A DNA stretch of 62,833 nucleotides, filler included, from Choristocarpus tenellus KU-1152 (GCA_964200185.2; 8 parts of 8 records of this genome joined end to end with filler, not necessarily neighbours in it), one strand, 5' to 3'; positions 24,501 through 36,535 are shown, counted from the first letter of the whole stretch. Notes: a model not told the origin generated them from the letters alone. A program made the numbers and translations.

Positions 24501-27500
24501 GTATCGACAAAGGGGCATGGACCTAAGAATGGGATATTAACTTTATGTCCATGTGTTGTGTGTTTATGCCCTCTCGTGGTATGAAACGTGTTTTAATTGT
24601 GCCCACAATTGTGTTTTCTCAGGAAAAACATCAATAACAATTCACCAAACTGTTTGTGCTACTGAGAGTATCATTCACCCTGACAGATCAAGCAAGTTTT
24701 TGTTGAGCATCATATATTATTTAGAGACTCGTTGCTTTAAAGTAGTGCCACAATTGATCTTTGACCTTGGTTTTGTCACTTATCATGCAAATCAAGTGGA
24801 CTCCCAGCATATATGAAGTGGAGGAAACCCTACTAGATGTACTGAGGGGTTAGGCTTGGGGTTATTAGTAGGGTGTCAAAGACAAGGTGATAACATTGTA
24901 CATGAACACGTTCTAAGGAGCACTTGTGTAATGAAAAGATCCACAAACAAAGTTCATTGATATATGGATAGACTATCCGAATATATATTAACCTCTCCCA
25001 ACATACCTTAGGTTTAGCTTTGTCTGTGATAACTCCAATACAAAATGTAATTTCCGAACATTATATGCATGCTAGGTGGATGATTTGCAGACATCTCTGC
25101 AGTTGAACTCCAGGAGAGAATTCGAGGCCAAGCCCAATTATATGATCATCCTCCTGGAGCTGCAGCAAGCGGCTGCTAAGTATTACTTCACTACAGCCCA
25201 GGTGTAGCTCTGTTTAGTTTCTATATTTATAGGCAATGGATGTTGTGACACCAGGAGGTTACCCTCATATAATAGTGCATCATACATACTGCGTAGAAGG
25301 TAGAGGTATGGAGGTTGCAGGCCATTTCGATTGCCAGTGTGGTACAGCAGTAGAGGAGTGTATGTTGGCACTGGAATAGCATTCAAAATCTACCTACATC
25401 GTCTAAGTTTACATTTCTCACTCTGCATCTTCCCACCAATCACCTATCATTATTCCCTAGTGTAATAGCTGAAGAGGGCTGACTTGGCAACATGCCACCA
25501 CCAAGACTTCATAAGTCTTTGCTTGACAAAAACCCAAAGCAATTAAATGGCTGTAAGTACTACAAAGTTTGTTGATTGATACGTGGAATTTTCTTCCTAA
25601 ATGGTGCAGTCATGCAGTGGTCACGCTCTTTTGACAATAATGGGATACAATACGGCGCTGATATGTTGTTTTCCTCAATGATCGGCCCCAAAATGCATGT
25701 GAAACCTCCTTCGCAATAGATTCACAACGAGTGAGTCTGTGGAACGAGAATTGAGCGTGAGAAAGTCGAAAAATGTAGCAATAGAGTATGATATGTTCAA
25801 AGAAACGAATCACTGAGCATACTGCTATACTAATAAGTAGAGAGGAAGAATTTGTCAAGCCTGCGCTCCTTAGTCTCAAGTTATGTAGCATGACTCTCAA
25901 AATGCCCTAGGTGACATACTTCCAACCTGCACATTTCTCGTACTCATGGTGGTAGAAAATATCCCATTCTAGAACATTCTAGAGCCTCCAACGCACTCCT
26001 TTGCACACCCTTGTACTGCATAGACTCCGAACCTTAACTTCAACCCTACCAATAACCCTCTCTGTACCCTGACCCCTCGCCCTGCTATCCACCCCATGCT
26101 TGTCTACCTTGCCTCCCAATCATCACTGAGACTATCAACAGGTGATTCGCATAGTATATTGCTTCCAACAAACCAAGCTGCAGGCGACAGTCGTTTGTGC
26201 ACTCTGAACCTTAACTTCAACCCTACCAATAACCCTCTCTGTACTCTGACCCCTCACCCTGCTATCCACCCCATGCTTGTCTACCCTGCCTCCCAATCAT
26301 CACTGAGACTACCAACAGGTGATTCGCATAGTAGATTGCTTCCAACAAACCAAGCTGCAGGCGACAGTCGTTTGTGCACTCTTTGGCAGAACCTGGGATC
26401 TGGAAAATTTTGATGTTGTCCTTGCTACCCTGCCTGGGGGTGTAGACAGGAAAGCAGCATCGCGACTGGGGTGAGTAGAAGTATGCATTGCAACATGTAC
26501 ATGTTGTTTTGATTGAACTATAACAAATTATTGTAGTTCAAAATAATCTAACTTGACATTTACAATGCCACAGCAATATATTGCTCATACCTATTTCGTC
26601 AGGTAGTGTGTTGACAACATAAAATATGGATCAAAACAAAAATGAAATGATGTACTAGTCATTGTTTGAGTCTGAAACCTTTCCCAAGGCTATCACTGAT
26701 TCTTTTTTTATCCAACCTTTACTTGTCATCGAAGGCACTCAGACTGCATCATTTCCTCACAAATCCTTGATCCTAGTTGAGTACTGAATTTACCTAATCA
26801 AGGCACCAGCATATGCCTTTTGGCATGTGACATTCCACATATTGCATACCATTTCGTCCCAGTCTCTCAGTTTCGTCAACCTGCCACCTTGAACCTTTAC
26901 CCTGACCCAGATTTAAATAAAAAGGTAACCTATATTGGAGCATGTCTTGGCTAAGACCTTAGCTCAAAGTGACTTGAAACCTTTTGGTGATGAGCAACAT
27001 GCTTTCACTTGTTCGGATCCATGCCACAAGCTTTCCAGTGCATACTATCGCCACAGTCAATTAGTAGCTGTCTTGCAATTAAGTTTGGCTTTCCAAGTAT
27101 GGAATGACCTTGACCAAGCACTTACACCCCTCCTTACAGTCCCAAACTCCTTAATGGTAGGTACTTGAATATCCTCAACCCTATGAAGCTAGCGGGGCAC
27201 TATGACCTGAGCTTGGCTTTCCATGATGAGCGGAAGCTACTCAAGATCCTACTGGTCAGCACGGAAATCGTATTTGGTATCTTAACATATATATATATAT
27301 ATATATATATTCTTTGGTTGCTCTTTGTCGGACAATATGGTATTTTGTGAACTGAAACGAGACAGAAGAAGCTATTGAAATAAAAATGGCGCAGACAGGA
27401 TCCCTACATTGAGGTAGTGAGATTGTGAACGCTTGTGTTGAAGTTGCCAATGACATGCTTAGAAGGGTTTGGAAGTAATCAGAAAGAAAAAATGTGTAGG

Positions 27501-30485
27501 CTGGGTTGGGCAGATGTAATTTGCAGGATTGTGTCTCTTGTAACTCAGTTTCTTACCAATAAGACGGACTACGACATACATATCAGAAGGCATAACATGC
27601 GAACCCAGAGCCGTGGATAGTGTTCTGTCTTCAGCATAGATGTCAACAGACAACAGTGCTAAAGCAGTTTGCCCCAAGTTTCCCATGCAATTTGAACATC
27701 AGAGGAGTGGAAGAGAGGGGTAGAGGGATTGTTGGGGGACAAGCATGCATTAGTCAAGAAAGTTCTAGATGTTTATCACACTATGTACTATAGCTCCATC
27801 AATTACACACAAACACTATTTAAGCTCAAGTAACAGACCTTTCCATCCATTGCTGGCGAATATTCAAATTTCAGTCTACCCTGACTCAAATATCAGAATT
27901 GTATGTTTCATAGCATACACGTCAGCCCATCTACAAAATATTCTCTATCAACATTGCCGCAATCAATCAAGAAGTTGGAGATCATTGATCAGTCATGAGT
28001 GAACCAAGTCCCTTAGTATCGAGTCAAGAAAATAGTTCCGGTGCGGTCTTCCATATCTGTATGAGTGCAATGTATCACAATGGTATGCAGCTCTGGAGGA
28101 TATTTCTCGCTCACCTCTGGCGGTATTCCTTGTGCCCCCAAATACATGCAATCACCAACAACTCAGAAAAAAGAATCCACATTATGTGTATGCTGTGTGC
28201 TTCAGGGCACTACTTGCTGAGAGGCCTGTTTCATTAATCACTTTTTGGGTTATGAACACACCAAGTTACAGCCTCAATATAGACTAGACCCTTGAAGATC
28301 TCTCCTAGAGAAGCTTGTGTCCTATTGCCAAGTGGGCTCCATGAGCACCATATTTGGTGGCACTTAACCATTTGATTCACTACTCCAGACCTCAATCTAA
28401 TACCCACCAGCACTTACATGTTCACATAGTAGCATCACCTTTGTACTATGAACTACATTTGCTTCTGCACTAATGGTCATCTCTCAAATCATTGATCTCA
28501 CACCTGAAAGGTGTATATTTGAAGGGAAAAAATAGGGTTTATGTGTATATTACTGTTATCAACACATAGTAGAAGCACGATGTTATTTAGTTCTAGGAAT
28601 TCTTCTATATATCTACCTGCATACTGAGGCACTATTGAATACGCTTTATATCCCTTTGTCTCACCTACCAGGATATCGCTCCACAAGAGAAAGGCGACAA
28701 TCTTGTAGAAGACCTCACATCTCAAGTGTCCATCATTAAGCTCTATGCAGGGATTAGTCGACTCACGGTAAGATGTTTTCTATCCTTCATTTTGCATCCT
28801 CATCCTTAAGTCAGTCTCTATCATTGTCCACCAAGAGCGCGTATGAATAGAAAACATGATGTCATCTATACAAACATGCGTATATCTAGTCACGTCTTGA
28901 TATGTTTCAGCACAAGTGAAACATGGTCGTAATCGTCCGATCCAGCACTCATGAAGGTTTAAACTCGATAAGATTCAGTAATTTCTCAACCTTGTTGGTG
29001 ATCTGTCAAATTCACGTGCTCCTGCACTGCTCCACTCTGAATGAATAAACGATAAATTAACTACAAAAAATTCATTGATTCTTCATCTACAACTTGAGGT
29101 TCTGTTTCCAGGCATGGATCAATAGCACTATACACCTCAAATACTTGTGGTGTGTACAGAAAAAAATGCTTAAAGCAAAGGATCCCTGAGTAAACCTGCT
29201 CACTTCAAATCTCCACTACCTCCTTGGGCAGGACGGGAGCAAATCTTCTACATTTGTTCGGTTGACATACTGTGATATCGGAAGGAAAGGGAATGTGCCA
29301 AACTGGCCTCTCAGAGAGAAGTATCTCGACAGATTCCTTGTCGGGACCAAGCCCATCCCAGATCGAGTCTTCGAAGTAAGACAATCCTCAGCTCAAAAAA
29401 CAACTGCACACAGGCACAGTTAAATGCATCTCACTGCGTTGGTGTGCATACTTCTATATACATGTTGAGTACAATTTAATGGGGGGGGGGGGTTCGTTTT
29501 TCCTGACATTATCATTGTTTACATATTACATCTAGGAATGTTTTCAATGTATATTATTCGGATTGTTCAAAATTTCTGTCAAACCAGCTCAGTCTAAATT
29601 GTGAGGATATTTCTCATCAGCCTCTTTCCCATTGACTGTAACCATTGGTGCATCTGTCACATCAATGGGGCCGGCATTTGTTTCCAGATAGCGAGAATGT
29701 ACAAGAAAATGTCCGAAGGGGGCTTCCTGTCGTCACAATTTGTCATGGGAACGGCTGATATCCCCAAAACTTACGAGAGGTATGTTGCACATCATCAAGT
29801 GAGGTTTCAATCACTCACATGATCAATGTAATGTCACTGATCACATACTGTAACTACACATGCACTCCTGTATGTGCACAATGCTCAATATTCAATAGTT
29901 TCCCCACTCTGTGACAAAGCAAATGAGTCATGAGCTTTGAAACTTGAAAGGACTTGTGATAAAAGTAACAATTAGGTGTGGCAATTTTCCCACACAACAC
30001 AAACAATGTCACTGAGATATACTCACTCTGGAAAGCATGGGGAGGAGTGGAGGGGAGTCATTTGTTCTTGAAATGATAACCAGTAGTAGTGAATAGATTG
30101 AGATACACAGAGTAACTCAAAAAGGTGCCATAGTATCTTAGAGGGGAGGGTGTTTAGCCCAAGCTTTCCATTTGGGTCTTGATGGGGTGTTGTAAGATAC
30201 CCCAGTTTGACACCCGTTTTGCGAGTGAGTTTCCTTCGGATTTGGGAGGATGGGAAGAAGGTGCGTTCAGATAAGGAATATTGCCCTTCCATCTGAAAAG
30301 TTCACTCATACGACATGAAAATCACTACAGGTTCACACAGGTCCCGGATGGATGCCTGGCCTCCCCTCTAAGATACTATGGACCAATGCACATAATTTAT
30401 GTTGCACACCCATTGTGGAACTACCACTGCCAGGTTCATCATTGATCATTGCATACCAAACAGTTTGGATCAGGATAAAGAATAG
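6530..30485 (+). CDS. RNI-like leucine-rich-repeat protein with long uncharacterised C-terminal repeated modules (~906 aa, 22 exons)
   Basis: Exons 6530-6679, 7668-7819, 10306-10492, 10840-10937, 11834-11978, 14682-14771, 15730-15875, 16808-16862, 17656-17736, 18669-18782, 19110-19256, 20458-20642, 21225-21387, 22641-22772, 24136-24255, 25076-25201, 26319-26470, 27161-27254, 28672-28767, 29232-29375, 29688-29779 and 30434-30485 total 2721 nt in one frame ending in TAG. LRRs include LNLCNNRLGD, LNLSDNKLG, LNLSSTKLGD, LDLTWNSC, LKLCFNSFG, LDLSWNHAG and LDLSGNPLT. The start codon is less certain. Confidence 0.85.
9590..9662. mobile_element. Terminal fragment of a MITE family B-related element
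   Basis: Reverse complement GAGTCAAAGCATTTAAGAGGGCAAGAGTTTGTCCCTGTTTGTCCGTTTGGGGCT resembles the 16916 terminus GAGTGAAAGTATCTTGGAGAGTACAAGTATTGCCCTGTTTG. Confidence 0.55.
12043..12204. repeat. Degenerate interstitial telomere-like (CCCTAA)n tract in an intron
   Basis: CCTAACCCAAACCCTGAATCTAACC...AAACCCTAACCCAAACCCTAACCCTCACCCTAGCCCTAGCCCTAACC. Confidence 0.8.
14042..14218 (+). mobile_element. MITE family A (~177 bp), copy 1
   Basis: TIRs GACCCAAAGTATCTG(G)n ... (C)nAGATACTTTCAGCC, flanked by TATAT on both sides, no coding capacity, other copies in the window. Confidence 0.85.
14858..15033 (-). mobile_element. MITE family A (~176 bp), copy 2, inverted relative to copy 1
   Basis: Reverse complement aligns end to end with 14042-14218; flanked by GAAT on both sides. 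Confidence 0.85.
16312..16597 (+). mobile_element. MITE family B (~286 bp), copy 1
   Basis: 25-bp TIR GAGTGAAAGTATCTTAGAGGGTATG with 24/25 match at the other end (CATACCCTCTAAGGTACTTTCACTC). Confidence 0.85.
16916..17171 (-). mobile_element. MITE family B, copy 2 (diverged, inverted)
   Basis: Begins GAGTGAAAGTATCTTGGAG and ends CCCTCTAATACTCTTTGACCC; internal blocks (AAGGATATTG, CACTTCCT, CAACATTGGATTTT) are reverse complements of copy 1. Confidence 0.78.
23146..23406 (-). mobile_element. MITE family C (~260 bp), diverged copy
   Basis: Reverse complement of 30125-30384 (AGGCATCCATC, CCTGTGTGAACCTGTAGTGATTT, AAATCCGAAGGAAACTCACT, TCTTACAACACCCCATCAA). Confidence 0.8.
26024..26381 (+). repeat. 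177-bp tandem duplication spanning an intron 3' end and the first 63 nt of an exon
   Basis: Units start at 26024 and 26201 with few substitutions; ACTC microhomology at the junctions. Confidence 0.95.
30125..30384 (+). mobile_element. MITE family C (~260 bp)
   Basis: Perfect 22-bp TIR CCATAGTATCTTAGAGGGGAGG ... CCTCCCCTCTAAGATACTATGG. Confidence 0.88.
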
Positions 30486-31079
30486 AACGAATGACATTTC
30501 CTTAGCAGGATAAGTCCATCAAATTATTCTGATTTCTTCTAATGTATTGTTCCGAATCGGTGAATCATATCAAATGTTAAACAGAAGCATGTAGTGCAGC
30601 GGGCCGTCAACTAATCTAAAAAATCTGGTATTCCACCAAGTGAGAAATAGAAGGTCAGCAGAGCAGTATAGGGCTATGCATTTACCCTGCACGATACAAC
30701 GAATTCCACGTACGCGATCAACAGTTTCGTTCTTAGTCGTACTGTAGCCACTGAATAAAGCAAAACCCAACTCAAAAAGCTGATCAAAACCATAAATGGC
30801 AGTCATTACGATTCTTTCCAAAGAAATACAGTGTATAACAGGATAAGGGGTATACTGCACTTTTCCAGCATAGATCAGATGATATGAAAAATATGGGGGA
30901 AGAGAACATTGTTTTACCGATACTAGAGAATGGTAGGTCAAATCCCTTTGACTATGTCCTTAATACTTTGAACTTACATCCCAGCTGATGTGTATCCTCC
31001 AACAAAGTATACTATGTTACAGCAAGTACACTATTGGTACAAAAAAAAGTCATCACATCTCAAAGCACACTAATTTTGA

Positions 31080-31106
31080 GGATCAAAGTATCTGGGGATG
31101 GGGGGG
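31080..31106. mobile_element. MITE family A terminus at contig end
   Basis: GGATCAAAGTATCTGGGGATGGGGGGG runs into the linker. Confidence 0.7.
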
Positions 31107-31206
31107 NNNNNNNNNNNNNNNNNNNNNNNNNNNNNNNNNNNNNNNNNNNNTTAATTAATTAANNNNNNNNNNNNNNNNNNNNNNNNNNNNNNNNNNNNNN
31201 NNNNNN
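31107..31206. other. Artificial contig linker
   Basis: N44-TTAATTAATTAA-N44. Confidence 0.99.
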
Positions 31207-31277
31207 CAAAAGAGTGAAAATCGAAAAAAGGGTGAAAAACGGACGCCGACACCCCCCCTCCCCAGATACTTTGACCC
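31207..31277. mobile_element. MITE family A-related terminus at contig start
   Basis: ...CGGACGCCGACACCCCCCCTCCCCAGATACTTTGACCC. Confidence 0.65.
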
Positions 31278-32543
31278 AACACAATACTACAGAGTAAAAA
31301 ACAAAACAAAATGACGAAAACGATGAATTGTTCCGAAAGACAAAACGATGAGAGTAGCAGAACAATTAATTTAATTTAATTTTCGGATCTTCGGACAAAA
31401 ACAGCGCAGCAGGCCGATGAAGTAATACAAGCTAATGGTAATGGTGGTGAGGGGATGGAGGGAGGGTCATATCCATGTATACATCGATGATGCAACAATA
31501 ATGCATGTTGAACGGCCACTGAGGAGCGATAATACAACTCAAAAACAAAAAAGGAGGGGGAGGGGGAGGGGGAGGGGGAAAAGGAAGGGCAATCAAGGCA
31601 TAACTCACAGAATTTCACGGACAGATAGTTGTAAAAATGTAATTTTGTCACAACATCGAATCTCACCACCACTCTCCTGCCAATTGTGCCTAACTGTCCT
31701 TTGACAACAACAGCAACCCCTCACCCACTGTGAAAGCAAAGAACCCTCTGAAGACTCGCGAAAAAAAAAAAACTCGAGCTCACCACTGAAAATAAGATTT
31801 GCTGTGTGTGTGTGCGGTACAAAAAGAGGCAGTGAGAGCCCCTCCCTCACTCAAACCGATCCATCTAGGTCTGCTGTGGATATTTTTTGATGTGCTTCAA
31901 CGAGAGGATCCCACTTCTTACTACTCAAGTAAAAACCCACGCTTCCAGCCTAATAATATCTTTTAGCAGCAGTGTAGTACCTGCCAACAACATGCACGCT
32001 TCAGAAACCAGTGTCTCAATTAAATATGGTTTAGGGTATAGTTGGTTTGGTATGACTGAAGAAAGTAACTGTTGACGGTTCATGTGGATTTTTTTTTTTG
32101 TTTCCGTTAGGGGGTGAGTGCATAGCATCACACTGCTCTGCCGACTGCTGGTTTCCAAGACGGTGGAAGGTGGGAAATGTAAGGATTAGTCGGTGACCCG
32201 CCTGTGAATGCGCTTTTATTCTAAAAACGCTGCTTCAAACACTTGAGGATCACAAAACTTTGCAGAGGTGCACTGGTAAAAAATGCATACTTGCATGTGT
32301 ATGCAAATGAACTCTTGTCAGGGTTAGGGTTAAGGCATTGCTGACGAGACGAAATTAACAGGCCAAATTCAGTAACAATGTTACTGAAGAAAAAAAAAAT
32401 ACGATGAGCGTGTACCGTTTCTTCGGGCTGTCTATTGCTCGCCGCAGGAGTTTCAAGTCAAGTACAGGCGTTTGAAAACTTTCTTAAGGAAAATAACATT
32501 TTGGGCACTCAGCTAAGCAAGCAAAAAAACTTGTACGAATCAC

Positions 32544-33589
32544 CTTGTTCACGCGGTCTAGCTCAAGGTCAAACCAATCGTTCAGCACGCACGATCCTAC
32601 TGAAACCAGGGCGGCAGCAAGAGCAGTCAGGAGCACCTGTTGCGTTGTGTTTATGATATTACAGAGGTTGTTGTCGTGGTCCACGTATTCATTTGAGTGT
32701 AGTAGGGACCAGGCATGACTATAGTTATGCATTTGTTTGTGGCAAGCTATTCCTGATGATGTGCACCTGTCATAGTTGTAACTATATAGAGCATATCCAT
32801 TGCAATGCTGCGCGTTGTGAAACGATACAAACGATGCTAGTTTAAGGGAAGGGGTGCAGGCACGTATTATTTCTACCTACACAGTTGGTTCAGATCTCTT
32901 GTCCAAACATCTGAGGCACTCTCATTGGAAAAGAAAGGGATCCTTCCACATTGCCCCGCAGTGTGATTACCACAAGGAAGGTAGCACCCAGTTGGAAATA
33001 CAACGTGTGTTCCTTCGCTGAAGTGGTCTTGAGGTTTCAATTTCATTTACCTCCTAGTTGCCACTGTTCCATGCGAAGCACTCGGATAAGCTGCAGAAAA
33101 AGACTTGGGCTACGAAAGACCTATAAAGCTGTGAACTTCAAAATGAATGTCACGGTAGAATATCTGGAGGAAGAACACACAATGACGTCACGACTGGATC
33201 ACCTTGGGATCCGAGAGGCAGGCAGCATTATGAGACGAAACCAACGCTCCAGTCGCAACGAGACCAAACGATGCCGGGATATTCTGTGGTCGAAGAATGT
33301 CCAGGTAAGCCTTAGCTTGTCGCCCGTTATCATTAGATCCCCCTTTGGGCATCATCGCTAAGACCGATCCTTCAACTCGTGCACAGGATCTACCGTCTGA
33401 CGAACGCCTAGTCCGGAAGTGCTTATTTAATCCGGTCTCAGGAAGGGTGACATGTGCAGGCATCCAACCAATCAGGGCAAGATTGCATGACCCTTTAGAC
33501 AATGAGGTGTGGCAGAACGCATTGCACAATGCGAGGGAGTGGAGGATCAACGGCGACACTAGCACAGTGTTGAGAGGACGCCAGCCCAT
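32544..33589 (-). CDS. UbiA-family prenyltransferase (DGGGP-synthase-like), probably plastid-targeted; 5' exons only
   Basis: Exons 33589-33203 and 32636-32544: signal peptide ending CNA-F, then KAYLDILRPQNIPASFGLVATGALV...|VLLTALAAALVSVGSCVLNDWFDLELDRVNK, which contains the first Asp-rich UbiA motif NDxxDxxxD. No downstream exon was found in this contig. Confidence 0.85.
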
Positions 33590-34018
33590 TTCCCTCTATC
33601 GGACAAGCACGGTTAGTCAGAGGTGTACGTCGTACAATAGAAGTAGCAAGCTTGGTAAAAAAAGAGAAGTAAAGCTTTTTGTTTGCGACTAGCAACGTCA
33701 ACCACGCAGGGAGTGTACTGGTGCGTGGTTCAATGTTTGATCTCTTTTCCGTTTTTTTGAAATTGTTGTGTTGTCAACAAAAAGAGCCGTGTTCAAACGG
33801 CAAGGTTTACGATTCCCCCGCTTGTTGGTACCAACAACACTACTACTTAACTACTTTTGCTGTACTTCGCATCAATGAAGTACATCACCGCTAGAACAAC
33901 AGATCTTCACCTTTGAAAGACCTTATAGAGGAGGAGATTGCATTGTAGATCGTTTTCTGCCTGGTGATTGTTCGAGTAGGGCGATTTGCTGGTTGAGTGT
34001 GGAAAGAGAATTCGAAAA

Positions 34019-35508
34019 ATGCCGAAGCAGGATGCCTCAGGTTCTCCAGCTGGAAGTCTCGCTGAGCGTGCCCTCTCCAATCAGTCCAACCCCATACTGA
34101 TGGCGTCTATGCTAGATTTAAGAGACGTGTTCAGGATGGGGGTGCTTAGCAAGTCCACGAGGAAGTTCTACCGGAGAAAGGCCCGCAAAGCCTGCCTAAT
34201 GTGCGGTGCTGGAGTGCCAGAAAACAAGCGATTAGAATACTGGAGACAAGTCCTCAACGTCGAAAGCGTGAGTCTCTTCTAGACTATGTCATTGCCGGGA
34301 AGAGAACGACCCTTGATCCATGCTTTCCGTACCACAAGAACTCTGAATGTCAACGCTGATAGACGCCATCTATGGCACCAATCGAAAGACTCTGTCCACC
34401 GCCCTTGGCATTTCTGTATTGAGCTAGGTCCGATCATATATTCCGTCTGTTTGTACTTGCCTCTTTCTCAATCATCGCTGAGGGTATAACTACTCCCTGC
34501 GCAGTGAGACCTCACGCGGATCGAAGGATTAAAGGTTTCTCGAATTAGCTTCGCCACAATTGGTCGGAACATGAACAGCTACCATAACAACCATCATCAT
34601 ACCTCCTTCACCCCACTCACTGATCGATGCCTACTCAACACCTTGGTTCCTTTTACCTCATCTCTATCCCCTTCCCATCCATGACTAAAGCGTTCATTCA
34701 CTTTTTTCTCTCATCGTATGCTTTTCCCGATTCTCCCTTGCTCTGATGGTGAACTGTTGGTGCCATTGAAGGCCATGGCCGAACAATCTGCGCGAGACGG
34801 TCACAGGTCCGAGATAAGTGCGCTCTACAAGTCGTGCCTGCACAGGAAAAATAGTCCAAGCATGCGTGATGGAGGAGAAAAGGGCAATGGAGAAGTGAGG
34901 GTAGATGCAACTCTGATCAGCAATGCCCCTTACACGCCCCCCTGCCCTCCCTCTTCCACCTAAAACATGCTCTTGCAATCCTGCAATAAACATTCTCTCC
35001 TTCCTCCAGCTTAAGCGCCAATCATATAAACCAGCCCCACTCTGCTTCAGTCTGTAGCATCTCGCGCACAGCCCCAAAAGCCTGCCTTGACCTTCGATCC
35101 TCCCCTGCCTCTCTCCCTGCTTGTCCGACAAATTGTCCTGCCTCTTCCTGCTCCTCTATCCGTGTCGAGTGGAGATTGAGAGAATCGACACAGTCAAATA
35201 TACCATAGAGGCTCATGAAGGCATACTTGCTTTTTGTTGTTGCCGTACCCTTCCTTTTCATGCCATGACCCCTTTATGACGGTGTGACTCTCGATCCTGC
35301 CCGCTTGCCTGACTGCTACCCTTTTCTCCCTCTGATGAAAAATGTGCCCCCTGTCTGGATCTGATGCTGTAACATCTGCACTGATGATGGTGGTGGGGTG
35401 GTGGTTGGGTGGGGGTCGTGGGGCATGGTAGGGGACGGATTGTTCTTCAACCAGACTCTCAGGCAAGGGTGCACTTAGCCACAAGGGGCCTGAGGGGGAG
35501 ATTCTGAG
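34019..35508 (+). CDS. Probable TBC-domain (Rab-GAP) protein, 5' part
   Basis: Exon 34019-34267 ends GVPENKRLEYWRQVLNVES (TBC motif GIPxxxRxxxW) with a GTGAGT donor. Exon 35455-35508 encodes LSGKGALSHKGPEGEILR, as expected just before the IxxDxxR motif. A middle exon near 34772-34833 is uncertain. Confidence 0.6.
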
Positions 35509-36273
35509 GTGAGAAGAAACCCTAGCCCAACCCACTGTAGAATTTTCTACTCTAATATGTGAAAGTATTTCGCAAGCCCCCTAACCCTATCACTCTGGAA
35601 CTTTGGAGGTATTGGTGCGTTGTAGGATTGAGGGTGAAGTTTGCAGCTACGATTATACCCGGACTAGTAAGTCTCGTGTGGCTCTTTCTTGAATCAGGAA
35701 GGCGGACCTGATTGGTGCAGGTGCTGGTGCATATTATGATCTCATTGTACCCTCTGGATTTATCATCGATAGGTTTTGTCTGTGCAGAGGACGCGTCGTC
35801 GCAGGTTTAGGGAGAGCGTTAAAGAGTTGGGTATTTTTCTACCTCCTGCAGTTGGGGGGTCTTGATGGATTGAGGCTCTTCGTACCCGTTTACGAAGGTG
35901 CTGCGGGATAACTCTTGTGGAGAAGAACGTTTTTCTGTTGTTCGATATTTATGTCTCTGAAAGGTCTGGTCGCGTGTAGTCACTAGTTTTTTTTTTTTTT
36001 TTTTTGGTTTGGTTTTGGTGGTGATCGGTGAGTGCCTAAGGTCTTTCGATTCGATACGATATCTTTGTTCAAAAAGTGAAATAAAAAGTAGAAATTGTTT
36101 TCTTGTTTTTTTTTTTGCAGATTTTTTTCCCCTGTTTTTTTTTTTACTGTTTCTGATTTTTTTTTTGTCATTTTTTTTCGTGTTTTGCTGAGGATACGAC
36201 GTGAAACCGCTGTACTGTTGCCACGGAAACAGCTAGTAAGAGTGGCCGGGTAACTACATTAGAAGAGGGGGGG

Positions 36274-36373
36274 NNNNNNNNNNNNNNNNNNNNNNNNNNN
36301 NNNNNNNNNNNNNNNNNTTAATTAATTAANNNNNNNNNNNNNNNNNNNNNNNNNNNNNNNNNNNNNNNNNNNN
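36274..36373. other. Artificial contig linker
   Basis: N44-TTAATTAATTAA-N44. Confidence 0.99.
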
Positions 36374-36535
36374 CCCCTCTCTGACCCTCCCTTTCGTGTG
36401 TCGTTTGGTGTATATACTAACCTGTACAGAATGTCACCTTTCACCAGGCGGGTCGTATTGCCCCCTCCCCCCTCCCCTCTCTGACTCTCCTTCCTTTGGG
36501 TCTCTTCCCTACTCTATGTGCATAAATACAATTAG

